This document shows, in pieces, positions 62,586-64,000 of a stretch of DNA of 64,000 nt; position 1 is the first letter of the stretch; every line of letters begins with the position of its first letter. Source of the DNA: Candidatus Alectryobacillus sp. (GTDB taxonomy: Bacteria > Bacillota_I > Bacilli_A > RFN20 > CAG-826); NCBI GenBank assembly GCA_036735985.1, contig DAINNH010000003.1, forward strand, positions 35,297-99,296, given 5' to 3'. Position numbers and translations under genes: made by a program. The notes beneath the pieces were generated by a model. That model saw only the letters and a list, made by a program, of their open reading frames with translations. It was not told the DNA's origin and made no database searches.

Positions 62586-64000
62586 AGATCAACAAAAAGC
62601 AATTGATACTCCTCTTGGTGAGAATGTCCTGATTAGTGCTGGTGCCGGGAGTGGCAAGACCTCGACTTTAACAGAGAAGGTTTATCATTTAATTGAATCT
62701 GGTGATATTAAACCAAGTAATTTATTAGTCCTTACTTTTACTAATAAAGCCGGTTTTGAAATGAAGGAAAGAATTATCAAAAAGTTTAAAAAAGCCAATA
62801 GTTCCTTCGCAGATGAAATTCTTTCTTCACATATTCAAACTTTTGATTCTTATTCTTTGTACCTTGTAAATCGTTATGCTAATGCTTTAAAAGTTTCGCC
62901 TAATTTAAATATTATTCCTCAAGAAATTAATGACGAAAAGACCCAAGAAATTATTACGAACGTTTTAAATGAATATTACGAAAACGAAGATCCTCGTATG
63001 AAAGAATTGGCCAATCTTTATTTCTTTAAAGACGACAGTTATTTAAAGAAAATAATTATTGCCTTTATCGATAAGCTTTCAACTTTATCTCCGTCATTAA
63101 AGAAAGATATTGAGGATAACTATTCTACTAAATATTTAAGTAATAATTTCATAAACGAAATTATTGATCAGTTAATCACTAATTCTCAACAAGAATTTAA
63201 AGAATTCAGTGAAAAATATTATGATTTCCGTCGTAATGGTTTTTTAAATGACTATACCAGTGTTATTGAACGTTTTAATAGCGATGGAATAACTAAACGT
63301 TTCAATACTAAAAGTGGTGAGTTGTCTTTAATTAATAGTAAAGCATTAGAGTTTTTAAAAGAACTATATGAAGAGAATGAAAGCGTGGCTCCTTCTATGG
63401 TTAGTGATACCGAAGGAAAGATGGAAGCATGTTATCCTTATTTTGATGATTTATTTAAAAGAGGCTTAGCTTGTAATAAAAAAGAGTATGTTGAATTTTG
63501 CAATTCGATAGATTTTGTCGATGCTAACGGCAAAAAACTCACCACTCCTCGTACCAATGATACCTCTAAGATAATTTTCAGTTGGATTAGATTAAATATC
63601 CTTAAATGTATTTCCGATATTAGTTATCTTAAAGACATTAATGATCAAAAAGATATTCTCCTTCAATATAAAAAACGCATCGACTTTATAATTGAGATTG
63701 TTAAAAAAGTTGAAGAACGTATGTTTGAATTTAAACGTCGTGTTAATTCATTTACTTTTAGTGACGTTTCTTCGATGGCTTTATCTCTTTTGGTTGATGA
63801 ACAATATAAAGATATCGCGGATGAAATTCGCAGTTCTATTAAGTATGTTTTAGTTGATGAATATCAAGATACAAACAATCAACAAGAAACATTTATTAAC
63901 GAAATATCTAAGAACTGCACACTTTTTGTTGTTGGTGATGTTAAGCAATCGATTTATTTATTCCGTCATGCCGATTGTTCTTTGATATTAAATCGAAAAG
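62578..64000 (+). CDS. addA: AddA/RexA UvrD-family helicase-nuclease subunit A, N-terminal part (runs off the right edge)
   Basis: Own translation from the ATG at 62578 gives MNKDQQKAIDTPLGENVLISAGAGSGKTSTL... (UvrD motif I), and later VLVDEYQDTN (motif II). SD GAGGAGGA is present. Confidence 0.9.
   Translation, partial: MNKDQQKAIDTPLGENVLISAGAGSGKTSTLTEKVYHLIESGDIKPSNLLVLTFTNKAGFEMKERIIKKFKKANSSFADEILSSHIQTFDSYSLYLVNRYANALKVSPNLNIIPQEINDEKTQEIITNVLNEYYENEDPRMKELANLYFFKDDSYLKKIIIAFIDKLSTLSPSLKKDIEDNYSTKYLSNNFINEIIDQLITNSQQEFKEFSEKYYDFRRNGFLNDYTSVIERFNSDGITKRFNTKSGELSLINSKALEFLKELYEENESVAPSMVSDTEGKMEACYPYFDDLFKRGLACNKKEYVEFCNSIDFVDANGKKLTTPRTNDTSKIIFSWIRLNILKCISDISYLKDINDQKDILLQYKKRIDFIIEIVKKVEERMFEFKRRVNSFTFSDVSSMALSLLVDEQYKDIADEIRSSIKYVLVDEYQDTNNQQETFINEISKNCTLFVVGDVKQSIYLFRHADCSLILNRK

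Noticed and set aside
1-64000. Searched for CRISPR arrays, tRNA/rRNA genes, IS elements, integrases, prophage or known defence-system genes, and long direct repeats.
   Set aside because: None were seen. Intergenic space totals only about 3 kb and is accounted for by promoters, terminators, oriC and the SRP RNA. A by-eye scan cannot exclude short dispersed repeats.

Overview
This is an AT-rich bacterial chromosome segment, roughly 30% G+C by eye (not computed). It uses the standard code: TGA is a stop, for example tadA ends at 45082-45084. The window is centred on the replication origin.

Left of the origin, almost everything is on the minus strand: dnaB(partial)-rplI-gdpP, rpsR-ssb-rpsF, lysS, dus-ftsH-tilS-S4-mfd-pth, ispE-rsmA-rnmV-tatD-mnmE, and jag-yidC-rnpA-rpmH. 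A DnaA-box cluster sits at 33.03-33.42 kb, followed by dnaA and a second small box cluster with an AT trinucleotide array. Right of the origin, on the plus strand, are dnaN, yaaA-recF-gyrB-gyrA-(GT-like)-serS, a short SRP RNA, tadA and further operons. Gene orientation flips at the origin: about 24 of 30 genes to the left are on minus, and about 20 of 23 to the right are on plus.

Synteny is Bacillus-like but streamlined. The short SRP RNA, the short AddB without a Walker A motif, and the absence of mnmG/rsmG/parAB next to mnmE suggest a reduced low-GC Firmicute of the Acholeplasma/Erysipelotrichia type. That placement is inference only.

I saw no CRISPR array, tRNA, rRNA, transposase, integrase or prophage genes. 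Most of the window is ordinary housekeeping DNA, and I did not find a clear-cut new defence or mobile system. The best candidates for something undescribed are:
1. A tightly coupled five-gene operon at 45.1-53.7 kb. It encodes a giant MacB-like ABC fusion, a P-type ATPase lacking the canonical ion-site residues, a TetR-like regulator, an Fe-ADH and an S2P-like membrane/TPR protein. It lies behind a palindromic promoter.
2. A recurrent TATAAT-N6/7-ATG architecture at the first genes of at least seven operons, suggesting leaderless mRNAs.
3. An unknown 200-aa protein plus a DUF2974-type hydrolase upstream of a short addBA.
4. A structured 165-nt non-coding spacer between dnaN and yaaA.

All functional calls rest on motif recognition by eye. 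No searches were run.
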